Source: an uncultured Phycisphaerales bacterium
GTDB lineage: Bacteria; Planctomycetota; Phycisphaerae; Tepidisphaerales; Tepidisphaeraceae
Assembly: GCA_963704405.1 (NCBI GenBank)
Contig: OY969903.1
Span: forward strand, 2,948,909-3,012,908
Length of the DNA: 64,000 nt
Reading direction: 5' to 3'
In this document: positions 1 to 10,410 of the stretch, in pieces
Layout of the letters: every line of letters starts with the position of its first letter
Numbering within the stretch: position 1 is the stretch's first letter
Made by a program: the position numbers and the translations under genes
Notes under the pieces: model-generated
What the model saw: only the letters and a program-made list of their open reading frames with translations
Database searches by the model: none
What the model was told of the DNA's origin: nothing

Positions 1-2
1 AA

Positions 3-494
3 GTGGGGCATCAAGGGCTTATGCATGACGAGGAGAGCGAGTTGGTTTATAATCGAGCAAGATACATTTGGCCGAGCTTAGGAAGATTTGGGCAACATGA
101 TCCTGTCGAATATATAGTCGGTAGGAACTTATATGAATACGAGAGTGGCCGACCCAATGTTCGTCTGGACCCGTCAGGCAAATGCTACGGTCTTTGCATG
201 GACGGACATTTTGAAGTACAAGGCAGCGCCGTGGGATTCAATCCTATATGCGAGATAGTTTGTGCCCTAGCTGGGCAAACTGCCACGGACCTTCTTAACA
301 CTGCTTATCATCCTTGTAAGGACGTCGAACATTGCTGTGAAAAGGGCACTGTGTTTGCAACAATGCCAGCGCAAGACTGGCGACCAACTCCACAGCTAAT
401 AGATCTTGATACGTTTGGATGCCAATGTAGCTTTCAAACGAGAAATTCAGCGCTAACATTCTGGAACACGGTAGAAAAAAAATGTTGCAAATAA
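3..494 (+). CDS. RHS repeat-associated core protein, C-terminal fragment with Cys-rich toxin-like tip (5' end outside window)
   Basis: ORF open to the window edge. LVYNRARYIWPSLGRFGQHDPVEY..GRNLYEYESGRPNVRLDPSG matches the conserved end of the RHS/YD core (YNRARYYDPxxGRFxxxDP..NLYxY..DPxG). It is followed by approx 100 aa with 11 Cys and no family I recognise. Confidence 0.75.
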   Translation: MGHQGLMHDEESELVYNRARYIWPSLGRFGQHDPVEYIVGRNLYEYESGRPNVRLDPSGKCYGLCMDGHFEVQGSAVGFNPICEIVCALAGQTATDLLNTAYHPCKDVEHCCEKGTVFATMPAQDWRPTPQLIDLDTFGCQCSFQTRNSALTFWNTVEKKCCK

Positions 495-895
495 TCAATA
501 ATTGCTCTCTTCGCGCATGGCGAAGAATTTCTCTAAAACTTGTCCGAGCAGATACGAGCATTTTCTTGATTGCTTTCTTTTTATTACTGTCATTAATGTC
601 GTGCAAATCAAATTCAGATTCTGAAGGTGACGCATCCAAGACATCCAAAGATGCCTATTTAGTGGCCGTTAGAGAAGGACAAGATGAAGCTGATCAGCAA
701 GTAAAGGATGGGAATCCGGTAATTTATACTTTTGGGCTTGCCCCACAATCTGGCTTCGATCCTAAAACTAAATTGCCACTCGTACCAATTAAGGGGTGTG
801 GAGTGGCGGCTACCGATTTCGGCCGCATTAATGGTCACAATGAGAGAATCCGTGAACTTTGGATGCAAGGAAAATTAAATTTGACCGTGAGGTAA
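482..895 (+). CDS. putative lipoprotein, candidate cognate immunity protein of the RHS tip
   Basis: 137-aa ORF overlapping the RHS stop by 13 nt. Hydrophobic N-terminus ends in a lipobox-like LSLMSC. The position is typical of RHS immunity genes; no recognisable family. Confidence 0.45.
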   Translation: MLQIINNCSLRAWRRISLKLVRADTSIFLIAFFLLLSLMSCKSNSDSEGDASKTSKDAYLVAVREGQDEADQQVKDGNPVIYTFGLAPQSGFDPKTKLPLVPIKGCGVAATDFGRINGHNERIRELWMQGKLNLTVR

Positions 896-950
896 AAAAA
901 CTCATCCGAGCATTCATGCAGCCCGTAGCGTATAAATATTCATCCGTGCA

Positions 951-1240
951 TTATGCAGCCGCCTTTCGGTGGTAGAATTTCAGCAATCCTCCGAGTCTTT
1001 CCCGGCAGATCACCGGGCCATCGCGTGGGAGCGGATCGGAGGTGTGCTGTGGGAACAACAGCAAGTTTTCCTTGCCTTGGTGCGGTCGCTCATGAAGGTA
1101 ATGATGTTCGACATATTCGGTGACAGCGCCGGAAAGACGGTTCGCCGAAGAAGATCATGCGGTCGAGGCACTCCTTTTTGATAGAACGGACAAATCTTTC
1201 GGCGAAGGCATTGAGGTTTGGACTTCGCGGCGGCGGGTCA
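951..1240 (-). pseudogene. remnant of the 3' end of an rve (DDE integrase-core) transposase
   Basis: Minus-strand translation gives [31 protein letters not shown]. In another frame it then gives [41 protein letters not shown]-stop. Upstream catalytic region is degenerate with stops. Confidence 0.6.
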
Positions 1241-1463
1241 GAAGTTCAACCATGTAACGTTCTGGCCCAACGCTTCAAAGCGGGACCTGGCGGGGCGCTG
1301 GGACAACTATAATCTTCATGGGCTTAAAATCGCGAGTTCGCTGCCAAGCCCCATCCGCGCGTCCGCGGGAAATTGCCGGACGTCTTCCAATGATCAGCCC
1401 TCCCACACCTCGCTGCTTTCATACTGCGTTCTATAATGTAAATATCGGTATGTCCCGGTAAGC

Positions 1464-4187
1464 CTATTTCCCGTATTTTTCCTTCCACTGCCTCAGCAGA
1501 TCAAACGCCTGGATCGGCGTCATTTCATCCAGCTTGGTCGCGGCCAGCAGTCGAACCAGCTCCTTCGCCGGATCGACAAACAACTGCAACTGACTCGCGT
1601 CTTCCGCCTTATCCACCTTTTTCCCGCGGCTGATCTTCGGCCGGCCAACATGCTGCACGGCCAATTCACTCAGGAGCTGACGCGCGCGATCGAGCACATC
1701 ACGCGGAACTCCAGCCAGCCGCGCGACGTGAATGCCGTATGACCGATCCGTCCCCCCTTCAACAATTCGATGCAGGAAGACCACCTGGTCTTCCCATTCG
1801 CGGACGGCGACGTTCAGATTCTTCACCCCATGAAAACGGTCAGCCAAATCCGTCAGCTCATGATAGTGCGTCGCAAACAGCGTCCGGCAATGCACGGTGG
1901 CGGCAATATGCTCGGCGATCGCCCATGCCAGGCTCAACCCATCCAGCGTACTCGTGCCTCGGCCAATCTCATCCAGCACCACCAAACTGCGCTCGGTGGC
2001 GTTGTTCAGAATGTTCGCCGTCTCCGTCATCTCAACCATGAAGGTGGATTGGCCGCTATGAAGCTCGTCACTGGCGCCGATGCGCGTGAACAGCCGGTCA
2101 ACCAGCCCGATCGTCGCAGACTTCGCCGGCACGTAGCTCCCCACCTGCGCCAGCAAAGCAATCAGCGCCACCTGCCGGATAAATGTACTCTTGCCCGCCA
2201 TGTTCGGGCCGGTGATGAGCTGCAGCGAATCTGCCGCCGCGAAGCGCACGTCATTGGCGACAAACTCAGATCCAAGCTGCTGATCGAGTACCGGATGCCG
2301 CCCGTCGATAATTTCCAGCACGCGATCCGTCGTGATGGTCGGCCGGCAATAGCGCCGCTCTTCCGCCAGCGCCGCCAGCGACGACAGCACATCCACGCGG
2401 GCGATCCCATACGCCAGTTCCTGAAAAGCCGCCACATGAGGCAGCAGCGCCTGGCGGATCTGCTCAAAAAGCTGCTGCTCCAGCGAAACCGCTTTGTCCC
2501 GCGCTCCCAGCGCTTCGTTTTCGAATGTCTTCAATTCCTGAGTGATGTATCGCTCTGAATTGGTCGTCGTCTGTTTGCGGGTCCACTCCGCCGGGGCTTT
2601 ATCGCGATGAACATTGGTTACTTCGATGTAGTAGCCAAAGACTTTATTGAAACCGACCTTCAGCGATGGGATGTTGGATTCTGCCGCCAGCTTTGCCTGA
2701 TACCGTGCCAGCCACTGCTGGCTGTTGGTCCCGATGTCGCGCAGCCGATCCAGTTCCGCATCATATCCCAAAGCGATGACCCCTCCCTCCCGCAAATGCG
2801 GCGCAGGCTCGGCCAGGATCGCCCCTTCCAGAAACATCGCCTGCTGCTCGCAGAATGGCCGCATCGCTACCAGTTCCGGCGCCACCTCGCCCGTCTGCGG
2901 CAGCGCCGCCAGCCGATCCAAAAAGCCCGGCATTCCGCCAAGGCACCGCCAAAGCGCCGCCAGATCGCGCGGCCCCACCCGCCCCACCGCAATCCGTCCC
3001 ACAATCCGCTCGATATCGCACACATCATCCAGTTGATCCACCACCGCCTTCAGCGCCCCCGGTGATTCCAGCAGCGCCGCGATCGCCGTCTGCCTCGCCA
3101 GAATATGATCCATCTCGCACAACGGATACCGCAGCCACTGCCGCAGCAATCTCGCGCCCATTGGCGTGCGCGTGCGGTCAACAGCCGCCAGCAACGACCC
3201 TTCAGTCCCGCCCGATCGCATCGTCCGATCGATCTCCAGGCTCCGCCAACTCGCCGGATCGATGCTCAGATGATCTTCCACCACATGCCGGCGCAACGGG
3301 CGAATATGCGTCAGGCTCGTCTTCTGAGTTTCCTCCAGATAGCTCAGAATCGCCGCGGCCGCAAAAACACCCGGATCATCATCGGCGAATCCAAAACCAC
3401 CAGCCGTTTGTGTCCGCCACTGCCGCTGCAACTGCTCCTTCGCATGATGCTGTGTGAACTGCCACCCCGGCCGCGCGGTGATCGCATGAACCCCCACCGC
3501 CGTAATCCGCTTTCCAATCTCGTGCGGCTGGCCTGACGCATGTTCAGGAACCATGATCTCCGCCGGACGCAGCCGCGCAATCTCATCCAGAACCTGCGCC
3601 TCCGTCCCGCTCATCGCAACACACGCCCCCGTCGAAAGCTCCACCCATGCCAGCCCCGCTCGATACCCATCCGCCCTGGTCACATTAAACGCAACCGCGG
3701 CCAAAAAATTATCCGTCCGCCCATCCAGCAGCGGATCATCCGTCAACGTCCCCGGTGTCATCAGCCTGACCACTTCCCGCTTAACCAATCCCTTGGCCAG
3801 CGCCGCATCCTCCATCTGCTCGCAAATCGCCACCTTATGGCCCGCCGCGATCATCTTCCGCAAATACCCCTCAACCGCATGAAACGGCACCCCCGCCATC
3901 GGAATCTCATCCGCCGATCCCTTATTGCGGCTGGTCAGCGCCACCCCAAGCACCTTCGCCGCCAACTGCGCGTCCTCCCAGAACATCTCGTAAAAATCGC
4001 CCATCCGAAAGAAAAGCGCATAACCCGGATACTGCGATTTAAACTGCCGATATTGCCGCATCGCCGGCGACAAATTCGCCATCCCCCCCGACGAAACCAC
4101 CGGCGCAAGCGGCCCCGGTGGCAAAGAGGATTTCTCCCCCACGGCCAAGCCTTCTGGCAGCGCGGATGTAATGCCCGAATCCTGCAT
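1464..4187 (-). CDS. mutS: DNA mismatch repair protein MutS
   Basis: 907-aa ORF with N-terminal mismatch-binding region (SPAMRQYRQFK, GDFYEMF), Walker A GPNMAGKSTF, STFMVEM and LDEIGRGTST motifs. Confidence 0.97.
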   Translation of the reverse strand: MQDSGITSALPEGLAVGEKSSLPPGPLAPVVSSGGMANLSPAMRQYRQFKSQYPGYALFFRMGDFYEMFWEDAQLAAKVLGVALTSRNKGSADEIPMAGVPFHAVEGYLRKMIAAGHKVAICEQMEDAALAKGLVKREVVRLMTPGTLTDDPLLDGRTDNFLAAVAFNVTRADGYRAGLAWVELSTGACVAMSGTEAQVLDEIARLRPAEIMVPEHASGQPHEIGKRITAVGVHAITARPGWQFTQHHAKEQLQRQWRTQTAGGFGFADDDPGVFAAAAILSYLEETQKTSLTHIRPLRRHVVEDHLSIDPASWRSLEIDRTMRSGGTEGSLLAAVDRTRTPMGARLLRQWLRYPLCEMDHILARQTAIAALLESPGALKAVVDQLDDVCDIERIVGRIAVGRVGPRDLAALWRCLGGMPGFLDRLAALPQTGEVAPELVAMRPFCEQQAMFLEGAILAEPAPHLREGGVIALGYDAELDRLRDIGTNSQQWLARYQAKLAAESNIPSLKVGFNKVFGYYIEVTNVHRDKAPAEWTRKQTTTNSERYITQELKTFENEALGARDKAVSLEQQLFEQIRQALLPHVAAFQELAYGIARVDVLSSLAALAEERRYCRPTITTDRVLEIIDGRHPVLDQQLGSEFVANDVRFAAADSLQLITGPNMAGKSTFIRQVALIALLAQVGSYVPAKSATIGLVDRLFTRIGASDELHSGQSTFMVEMTETANILNNATERSLVVLDEIGRGTSTLDGLSLAWAIAEHIAATVHCRTLFATHYHELTDLADRFHGVKNLNVAVREWEDQVVFLHRIVEGGTDRSYGIHVARLAGVPRDVLDRARQLLSELAVQHVGRPKISRGKKVDKAEDASQLQLFVDPAKELVRLLAATKLDEMTPIQAFDLLRQWKEKYGK

Positions 4188-4436
4188 GAATGATTCAGGA
4201 AGGTATGCCAGCTACCCGCCAAAGTGCAAATCCTCCGCTATAATTCCTCGCCTAAGAGTCCTGGTCGCTGCCCGCCGTCCCCGTCCCTCAAGCAAATCAT
4301 CACACCCCGGCCACAGCAAATTCGCACCCAAACCAAAATTTCCAAGCAATATATTGACAGAACATTTCAAAAATGTTGCATTTTGATTCATTTGTTTCAT
4401 TCCCTTCGCTGGATAAAAGAGCAATTGACACTAAAC

Positions 4437-6134
4437 ATGACAAAAAAATCCCCCACCTATATTGCCTATGGCCTCCTCGCCGTAACCTGCCTTGCCGGTT
4501 GGTTGCTCGGGGCTGACATAGTGGCCCAACTAGCCTCGCAACCTTCCCCGGTTCCCACCACCGCACCTTCCGACACGCGCCAATGGCTCGCCGTCAACGC
4601 CGCAGGAACGTTTCATGCGCGGGAAGAATGCGCCTTCGTCGAGTGTGGCGGAAAACTATTCCTGCTCGGCGGACGCGGAATAAACCCGGTCGATATTTTT
4701 GATCCCAAAACGCAGACATGGACACACGGAACGCCCCCGCCCGTGGAAGCGCATCATTTTCAGCCAGTCGTTTGGCGGCAGCGGATTTATATCGCCTGCG
4801 CCATGACCGGAAAATTCCCCCGCGAAAAGCCGCTCGACCATATCCTGATTTATGACCCCGCAAAGGACGCCTGGTCACTCGGCGACGCAATCCCGACCGA
4901 TCGCCGGCGCGGAAGCGCCGGGGCCGTCATCCATCACGACAAGCTGTATCTCGTCTGCGGCATCATCAACGGCCACACGGACGGCTGGGTGAACTGGACC
5001 GACAGCTATGACCTGCAAAGCGGCCAATGGGCAAAACTGCCCGATGCCCCCCGGGCCCGCGATCATTTTGAGGCGGCGATCATCGACGGAAAAATCTACG
5101 CCGCCGCCGGTCGCCGCAGTTCCTATGTCACACATCAACTCTTCGATCTGACCATTCCCGAAATCGATGTGTACGACATCGCGGCAAAATCCTGGAGCAC
5201 GCTGCCGCCGGCCCAAAACATCCCGACGCAACGCGCCGGCGCTGCGGCCCTGGCCGTGGGCTCAGACCTGATGATCTTTGGCGGCGAAAGCGTGGCCCAT
5301 AAGGCGGCGCATTCCGAGGTGCAGGCGCTCGACACACTGAGCGGAAAATGGCGCAGTTTGCCCGCATTTTTACAGGGCCGCCACGGCACTGGCGTGGTGC
5401 TTTATGATGGCGCATTTTATGTATGCACCGGCAGCGGCGCGATCGGTGGAAGCCCGCTTCTGCCAAGCATGGAGATGCTCAAGTCCGCCGAGGATGGGTT
5501 TACGATCGGCTCGCTGCAATACAGCGACGATTTTTCAAAGGGGCTGAACAACTGGTCCCCCGAATTGGAAAACGGCGGAACCGTGTCGGCTGTAAATGGC
5601 GCAATGGATATCGACGTCCCCGCAGGTTGCACCGTCTGGTTTAAGCCGGAGCTGACCGGACCGCTGATGATCGAGTATCAGGCCACGGCGATTTCAGCCG
5701 GCGGAACAAACGATCGAGTAAGCGATTTGAATTGTTTCTGGATGGCCCGTGATACGCGGAGCGACAAAGACATTTTCGCTCAGCCGCGCAGCGGAAAGTT
5801 TTCCGATTACGATCGCCTGCTGACCTATTACGCAAGCCTCGGCGGAAACGGCAACACAACCACTCGCTTTCGTCGCTACATAGGCGAACAGGCCAATCGT
5901 CCCCTCCGCCCCGAGCATGATCTATCCGCGGCCGAAGATTTGATCGCCGCCAACCATCCCCAAACCATCCGCCTGGTCGCCTGCGGATCGCTGATTCAAT
6001 ATTACCGGGATGGGAAAAAGCTGTTCGAGATGAAGGACGATAAGCCTTACGTAAAAGGATGGTTTGGAATCCGGACGACGAAGAATCATATGAGCGTAAA
6101 AAACTTTCGCGTCTATGAAGTTTCACCGGGCTAA
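4437..6134 (+). CDS. membrane-anchored/secreted Kelch-repeat protein with C-terminal concanavalin-A-like (lectin/glucanase fold) domain
   Basis: Start moved from 4224 to ATG 4437 (MTKKSPTYIAYGLLAVTCLAGWLLG hydrophobic leader). Repeated Kelch-like blades (GGxG..W..LP). C-terminal approx 200 aa ending WFGIRTTKNHMSVKNFRVYEV resemble DUF1961/DUF6250-type jelly-roll domains. Confidence 0.75.
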   Translation: MTKKSPTYIAYGLLAVTCLAGWLLGADIVAQLASQPSPVPTTAPSDTRQWLAVNAAGTFHAREECAFVECGGKLFLLGGRGINPVDIFDPKTQTWTHGTPPPVEAHHFQPVVWRQRIYIACAMTGKFPREKPLDHILIYDPAKDAWSLGDAIPTDRRRGSAGAVIHHDKLYLVCGIINGHTDGWVNWTDSYDLQSGQWAKLPDAPRARDHFEAAIIDGKIYAAAGRRSSYVTHQLFDLTIPEIDVYDIAAKSWSTLPPAQNIPTQRAGAAALAVGSDLMIFGGESVAHKAAHSEVQALDTLSGKWRSLPAFLQGRHGTGVVLYDGAFYVCTGSGAIGGSPLLPSMEMLKSAEDGFTIGSLQYSDDFSKGLNNWSPELENGGTVSAVNGAMDIDVPAGCTVWFKPELTGPLMIEYQATAISAGGTNDRVSDLNCFWMARDTRSDKDIFAQPRSGKFSDYDRLLTYYASLGGNGNTTTRFRRYIGEQANRPLRPEHDLSAAEDLIAANHPQTIRLVACGSLIQYYRDGKKLFEMKDDKPYVKGWFGIRTTKNHMSVKNFRVYEVSPG

Positions 6135-6174
6135 AGGCATCAGCAGTTTGCTGGAATAGACGACGCTATCTGCA

Positions 6175-7485
6175 TCAGCCGGCGAAAGGTTTTGTGGCTT
6201 CAGGGGTTTGTGAGTTCGGTGATGCGACAGGCGGCTTGCGCTTGGCGGCGGTTTGTTCATACAGATTCAGCATCTGAGGCAGGACAGCCTCGAGGCTGTA
6301 TCGCTCCATGATCGTCTGCTCGGCGGCGCGGCCAAGGGAACGGAAAGCGCCGGGGTCTTTCAGCACTTCCACCGCTTTGGCCGCGAAATCTTCCGGGTTA
6401 AAAAAGTCCGCCAGCAGGCCGTTCTGGCCGTGTTGGATCATTTCTTTTACCGGGCTGGTCGCCGAGCCCAGGACAACTGCGCCGGCGCTCATCGCGTCCA
6501 TCAGGCTCCAGGAGAGGACAAAAGGGACCGTGAGATAAATGTGCAGATCGGTGGACGCCAGGAGCGTGGCCAATTCCAGCGGAGGGATGCGGCCGACGAA
6601 GGCGAATTTAGAAAGATCGAATGACTCACGGGCGAAGACCCATTCCTTGAACGATTTGGTGCCCTCAATGTAGCTTTCGTCGCCGCCGTAGGCGATGCGG
6701 TCGGAGCCCACGACGATAAACAGAACATCAGGATAAAGTTCGGCGATGCGCGGCGCTGCGCATGAAAATATCGAAGCCGCGCATGCTTTCGAAGCCGCGG
6801 CTCACATAAGTGACAACGCGTGTGCTTGCAGGAACTGCAATTCCAGCGATGGTGCGCAGACCGCGCTTGCTGGCGGGAGGGCGGAGGGTTTCGTTGTGGC
6901 CGTGATAGACCGAGCGATCGACACCGTCGAAGATGATCTGAATTTTGTCCAGGTACTCTGAAGGGAATCGGGATTTCTGGAACTGGGTGGCGCGTACGCC
7001 GCATCGCAGTTCTGGAGGTCAAGCAGGATCATCGCATTGCGGCAGCGCGATCGCAGGTATTTTTCCTCGGGAATATGCCACCCCAGATCGCGCCGAAAAT
7101 CCATGTCGCTCTCGGCATCATGCGGGTTGTAGTAATACTCAAAAAAATTGATGCAGGGGATGTCGGGATAGAGCTCCCGGAGAAAGAGGGTTGAGCCAAA
7201 CCCGCTATGCCCAACGATCAGATCGGGCCTGATGTCCGGACGAGCCTTGAGCGCTTTGTAGACGGCGTCGCAGTGCCAGACCGTGTTTTCAAAGGTTCTT
7301 GAACAGAAATGATTCTGCTTGGTTGCGCCGCCTTCAAGTTTGTACTGGATTTTCTGGATGCCCGCCGCGATGCCCGACGGTGTTTCACTGACAAAGGTGC
7401 ATTGCCATTTGAGCTTCTGCACAAGATGGGCGGCAATGTGGCCAAACTGCGCGGGGAAATTCTGGTGGATATAGAGAACGTGCAT
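6175..7485 (-). pseudogene. GT4-like glycosyltransferase, frame broken by two compensating 1-nt indels (approx 6989 and approx 6751)
   Basis: N-terminal ORF 6802..7485 and C-terminal ORF 6175..6711 are in the same frame. The middle approx 240 nt reads as good GT sequence only in another frame (TQFQKSRFPSEYLDKIQIIFDGVDRSVYHG..VPASTRVVTYVSRGFESMRGFDIFMRSAA). Confidence 0.75.
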
Positions 7486-7605
7486 ATGGATTTGGGGTGT
7501 GTTGTCAGAGGAGTGAGAGGAGTTGTCAATGCGAGGTGCAATGTTGCCACTTTCACGGCCACTTCCAGGTCGCCTAAGCTTCTTGCCGCCATCTCTTTAA
7601 AAGGG

Positions 7606-9156
7606 ATGATGCAGGATATGGCGCGATTCAAAAATTGGCCTCCCGTGGTTTTCTATTCGGCTGCGATCTTCCTGGCCTTGCTGCCGGGGATTGGCCGAGC
7701 GGCCGGTTCGGGAGAGGTGGAGCAATGGGATATATTTGAATTGAAGCTGGCGGGACCGAGAAATGGGAATCCGTTTGTTGATACCCGGCTTGCGGCGCAG
7801 TTTGTGAATGGGAATGATTCGGTTTCGGTCCCGGGGTTTTATGATGGGGATGGGGTTTATCTCATTCGGTTTTCACCGCCGGCGCGGGGGGCATGGACAT
7901 ACCGGACCGCAAGCAATCGGCCGGAACTGGATGGCAAGAGCGGTGGGTTCACCGCGGTGGCGGCCACGGGGGATAATCATGGGCCGGTTCGGGTGTACAG
8001 GACGTTTCATTTTGCGTACGCCGACGGGAGTCCGTATTTCGAGGTGGGAACGACTTGTTATGCGTGGACTCATCAGACGGAGCAATTGCAGGAGCAGACG
8101 CTGAAGACGCTGGCAGCCGCGCCGTTTAATAAGTTGCGGATGTGCATATTCCCCAAGTCATATCGGTATAACCAGAACGATCCGCCGAACTATCCATTTG
8201 TGCGCGGATCGGACGGAAAGTTTGATTTTACACGGTTTGATCCGGCGAACTGGCGGCATCTGGAGCAGCGCGTCGCCGACTTGCGCAAGCTGGGGATACA
8301 GGCGGATTTGATCCTGTTTCATCCCTATGACCGCTGGGGTTTTGCGGACATGGATTCAACCGCTGACGATCGGTACCTGCGGTATGCCATCGCGCGGCTG
8401 TCGGCCTATCGGAATGTCTGGTGGTCGCTGGCCAACGAATATGACTTCATGACGCCGGAACTGCGAAAGACCAGGCACGGCAACAAGACGGTTGCAGACT
8501 GGGACCGGTTTTTCTCAATCCTTGAAAAAGAAGATCCCGTGGGTCACCTGCGCGGGATTCATCATGCTTCGAAAATGTACGATCACACCAAAGAGTGGGT
8601 GACGCACGCCAGCATTCAGAACAGCGATTTGACGAAAGTGATCGGGTGGCGGCAGAAATTTCAGAAGCCCATCGTCGTGGACGAGTGCAAGTATGAAGGA
8701 AATATTCCGGATAGCTGGGGACACCTGAGCGGACCGGAAATGGTGCGGCAGTTTTGGCTGGGCGCTGTTTGCGGCGGATATGTGGGGCATGGGGAAACAC
8801 TGAAGGATCCCAACGATGTTTTGTGGTGGTCAAAGGGCGGGGTTCTGCATGGGGAAAGTCCGTTGCGGATCACATTTTTTCAGAAGGTGATGGAAGAACT
8901 GCCGTATACGGACATGGAGCCGTCGAATCCGGAGCCGAATGTATATGTTCTGGCCAAACCGGGAGCGGTGTATCTTGCCTATGCGGTGAAGGAAGGGCCA
9001 ATTAAACTCAAGCTTGCAGGCGATCGGGATTATGTGGTGCAGGGGATTGATACCTGGAATATGAAGACGGAAAAGCTGGCGGTGGCCAAGGCCGGTGAGT
9101 TTAACTTCACGGCGCCGCGGGCAGATTTTTTGCTGCGGATCGAGGTGGGGAAATAA
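7606..9156 (+). CDS. DUF5060/DUF4038-type glycoside-hydrolase-like protein, secreted
   Basis: Start moved to the ATG cluster at 7606-7618 (MMQDMARFKNWPPVVFYSAAIFLALLPGIGRAAG signal peptide). N-terminal Ig-like segment, then a TIM-barrel-like region with WWSLANEYD (clan GH-A acid/base-type NE motif). Confidence 0.75.
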   Translation: MMQDMARFKNWPPVVFYSAAIFLALLPGIGRAAGSGEVEQWDIFELKLAGPRNGNPFVDTRLAAQFVNGNDSVSVPGFYDGDGVYLIRFSPPARGAWTYRTASNRPELDGKSGGFTAVAATGDNHGPVRVYRTFHFAYADGSPYFEVGTTCYAWTHQTEQLQEQTLKTLAAAPFNKLRMCIFPKSYRYNQNDPPNYPFVRGSDGKFDFTRFDPANWRHLEQRVADLRKLGIQADLILFHPYDRWGFADMDSTADDRYLRYAIARLSAYRNVWWSLANEYDFMTPELRKTRHGNKTVADWDRFFSILEKEDPVGHLRGIHHASKMYDHTKEWVTHASIQNSDLTKVIGWRQKFQKPIVVDECKYEGNIPDSWGHLSGPEMVRQFWLGAVCGGYVGHGETLKDPNDVLWWSKGGVLHGESPLRITFFQKVMEELPYTDMEPSNPEPNVYVLAKPGAVYLAYAVKEGPIKLKLAGDRDYVVQGIDTWNMKTEKLAVAKAGEFNFTAPRADFLLRIEVGK

Positions 9157-9300
9157 GAGTTTCCATTAAAGGGCCCCTAATACGCCAAAGGCGGGAAATG
9201 CGGCCAGGGAAGTTCCGCAGTTGATCCTTTTTTAAAAACCGCTCCAATACCAGACATGTCATTCACAGCGGCTTGCGACATCGAATCAGGCTTATCGCGC

Positions 9301-9939
9301 ATGTTGCGCGTGATGGGCTTTGTGTGCGCTATCGTTCCGGGGCTGCTGAGCGGCGGATGTGGAACGTCGCCGCCGGTGATTTCTGTGACGCCGCTTCGGT
9401 CAGATTTGAAATATCTTCAGAATTTTACACAGGCTTATACGACTCAGGATGCCGCTGGGGATTACCAGATCGTACTGGTGCATGATCCGGTGGATGACAT
9501 TCCATCAAGCGAGGCGGGGCAACGCCTGAATCCGGCCACGGTTCCGCCGGTGCGGCAGTACCTGCAAATCCGCGTGCTCTGGCGTCCCGTGCGGGGGGCG
9601 AGGGCCGATACACCAGCGGCGACCAACGCGGCGCTGCACTGGTACGTGCTGGAGGGGCCGACGGTCTCGGGAACGGGGATGATTCATTATGCGGGGACGG
9701 GGTTTGTCTCGGTGGTGAAGAATGGGCCGGGGGCGGAAGTGATCATTCGCAATGGGACATTGAAATTGGCGGAGCGGCGAGGCGATCTGGTGGACCCGCT
9801 GCATGAGTTTCGAGTGGATGGAAAATTCGACGCCGTTTCAGATGATGTTCGCGTGCGCCAGATGCTGGCCGACGTGAAAGAGGTGGCCGCGGAGCAGAAC
9901 AAACGGGACATGGATTCGGGGACAATGCCAACTCGATAA
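9301..9939 (+). CDS. hypothetical lipoprotein
   Basis: ORF 9256..9939. Internal ATG 9301 gives MLRVMGFVCAIVPGLLSGGCG (lipobox). No recognisable family. Confidence 0.5.
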   Translation: MLRVMGFVCAIVPGLLSGGCGTSPPVISVTPLRSDLKYLQNFTQAYTTQDAAGDYQIVLVHDPVDDIPSSEAGQRLNPATVPPVRQYLQIRVLWRPVRGARADTPAATNAALHWYVLEGPTVSGTGMIHYAGTGFVSVVKNGPGAEVIIRNGTLKLAERRGDLVDPLHEFRVDGKFDAVSDDVRVRQMLADVKEVAAEQNKRDMDSGTMPTR

Positions 9940-9947
9940 GAAACGTT

Positions 9948-10352
9948 ATGGAGACATTCAATTACGATCCGGAGATTCCTGCAAAGCCGCCGACCGCCGC
10001 GTTTGTGCAGACAATCGCGTTGCAATCGGATGGGAAGGCGGTTGGGGTGATCCGGTGGCATTCACCGGCGGACGCGGAGGCAGGGCTGGTGCAGATTCTG
10101 GATATTACGGTTTCTGTGGGGCTTCGCCGCGCGGGGAAGGGCAGGAAGCTGCTGGAGGCGGCAATCGGGCAGGCGCGGGAACTGCACCGCCGCCGCAAGT
10201 CACACGTGCGGCGGGTATGGATTTCGGTGGAGCAGAAGGCGCAGGTGATCGGGCGGGCGTTTTTGACCTCGGGAGGGTTTCATCACGTGGGAACAGTGAA
10301 TGGGCTTTATCTGGATCAGGATTTGATGATTTATGTGAAGTCGTTGGATTGA
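9948..10352 (+). CDS. small GNAT-family N-acetyltransferase
   Basis: 134 aa. ILDITVSVGLRRAGKGRKLLEAAIGQARE resembles the GNAT motif A acetyl-CoA binding segment (R/Q-x-x-G-x-G/A). Confidence 0.65.
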   Translation: METFNYDPEIPAKPPTAAFVQTIALQSDGKAVGVIRWHSPADAEAGLVQILDITVSVGLRRAGKGRKLLEAAIGQARELHRRRKSHVRRVWISVEQKAQVIGRAFLTSGGFHHVGTVNGLYLDQDLMIYVKSLD

Positions 10353-10374
10353 ATCTTCGGGCGTTTAACTTTTT

Positions 10375-10403
10375 CAAAGAGTGTCTCGCGCGGAGACTCT
10401 TTG
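10375..10403. terminator. imperfect hairpin between convergent genes (possible bidirectional terminator)
   Basis: caaagag(tg)tctc-gcgcg-gagactctttg: 7+4 bp stem with a 2-nt bulge. Lies between the stop of 9948..10352 (+) and the stop of 10411..10854 (-). Confidence 0.4.
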
Positions 10404-10410
10404 TAAATGC

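Noticed and set aside
1739-4193. Many long plus-strand ORFs (e.g. 1770..2558, 2855..3457, 3540..4193) overlapping mutS
   Set aside because: They are antisense shadow ORFs of a GC-rich gene. Their products are Arg/Pro/Ala-rich low-complexity strings with no motifs, and the mutS frame explains the region.
4224-4436. Upstream extensions of ORFs (4224 for the Kelch gene, and likewise 7309 for the GH-like gene, 12292 for motA, 56058 and 56719 for the cassette genes)
   Set aside because: The extended N-termini are compositionally non-protein-like. Internal starts yield proper signal peptides, TM helices or RBS spacing.
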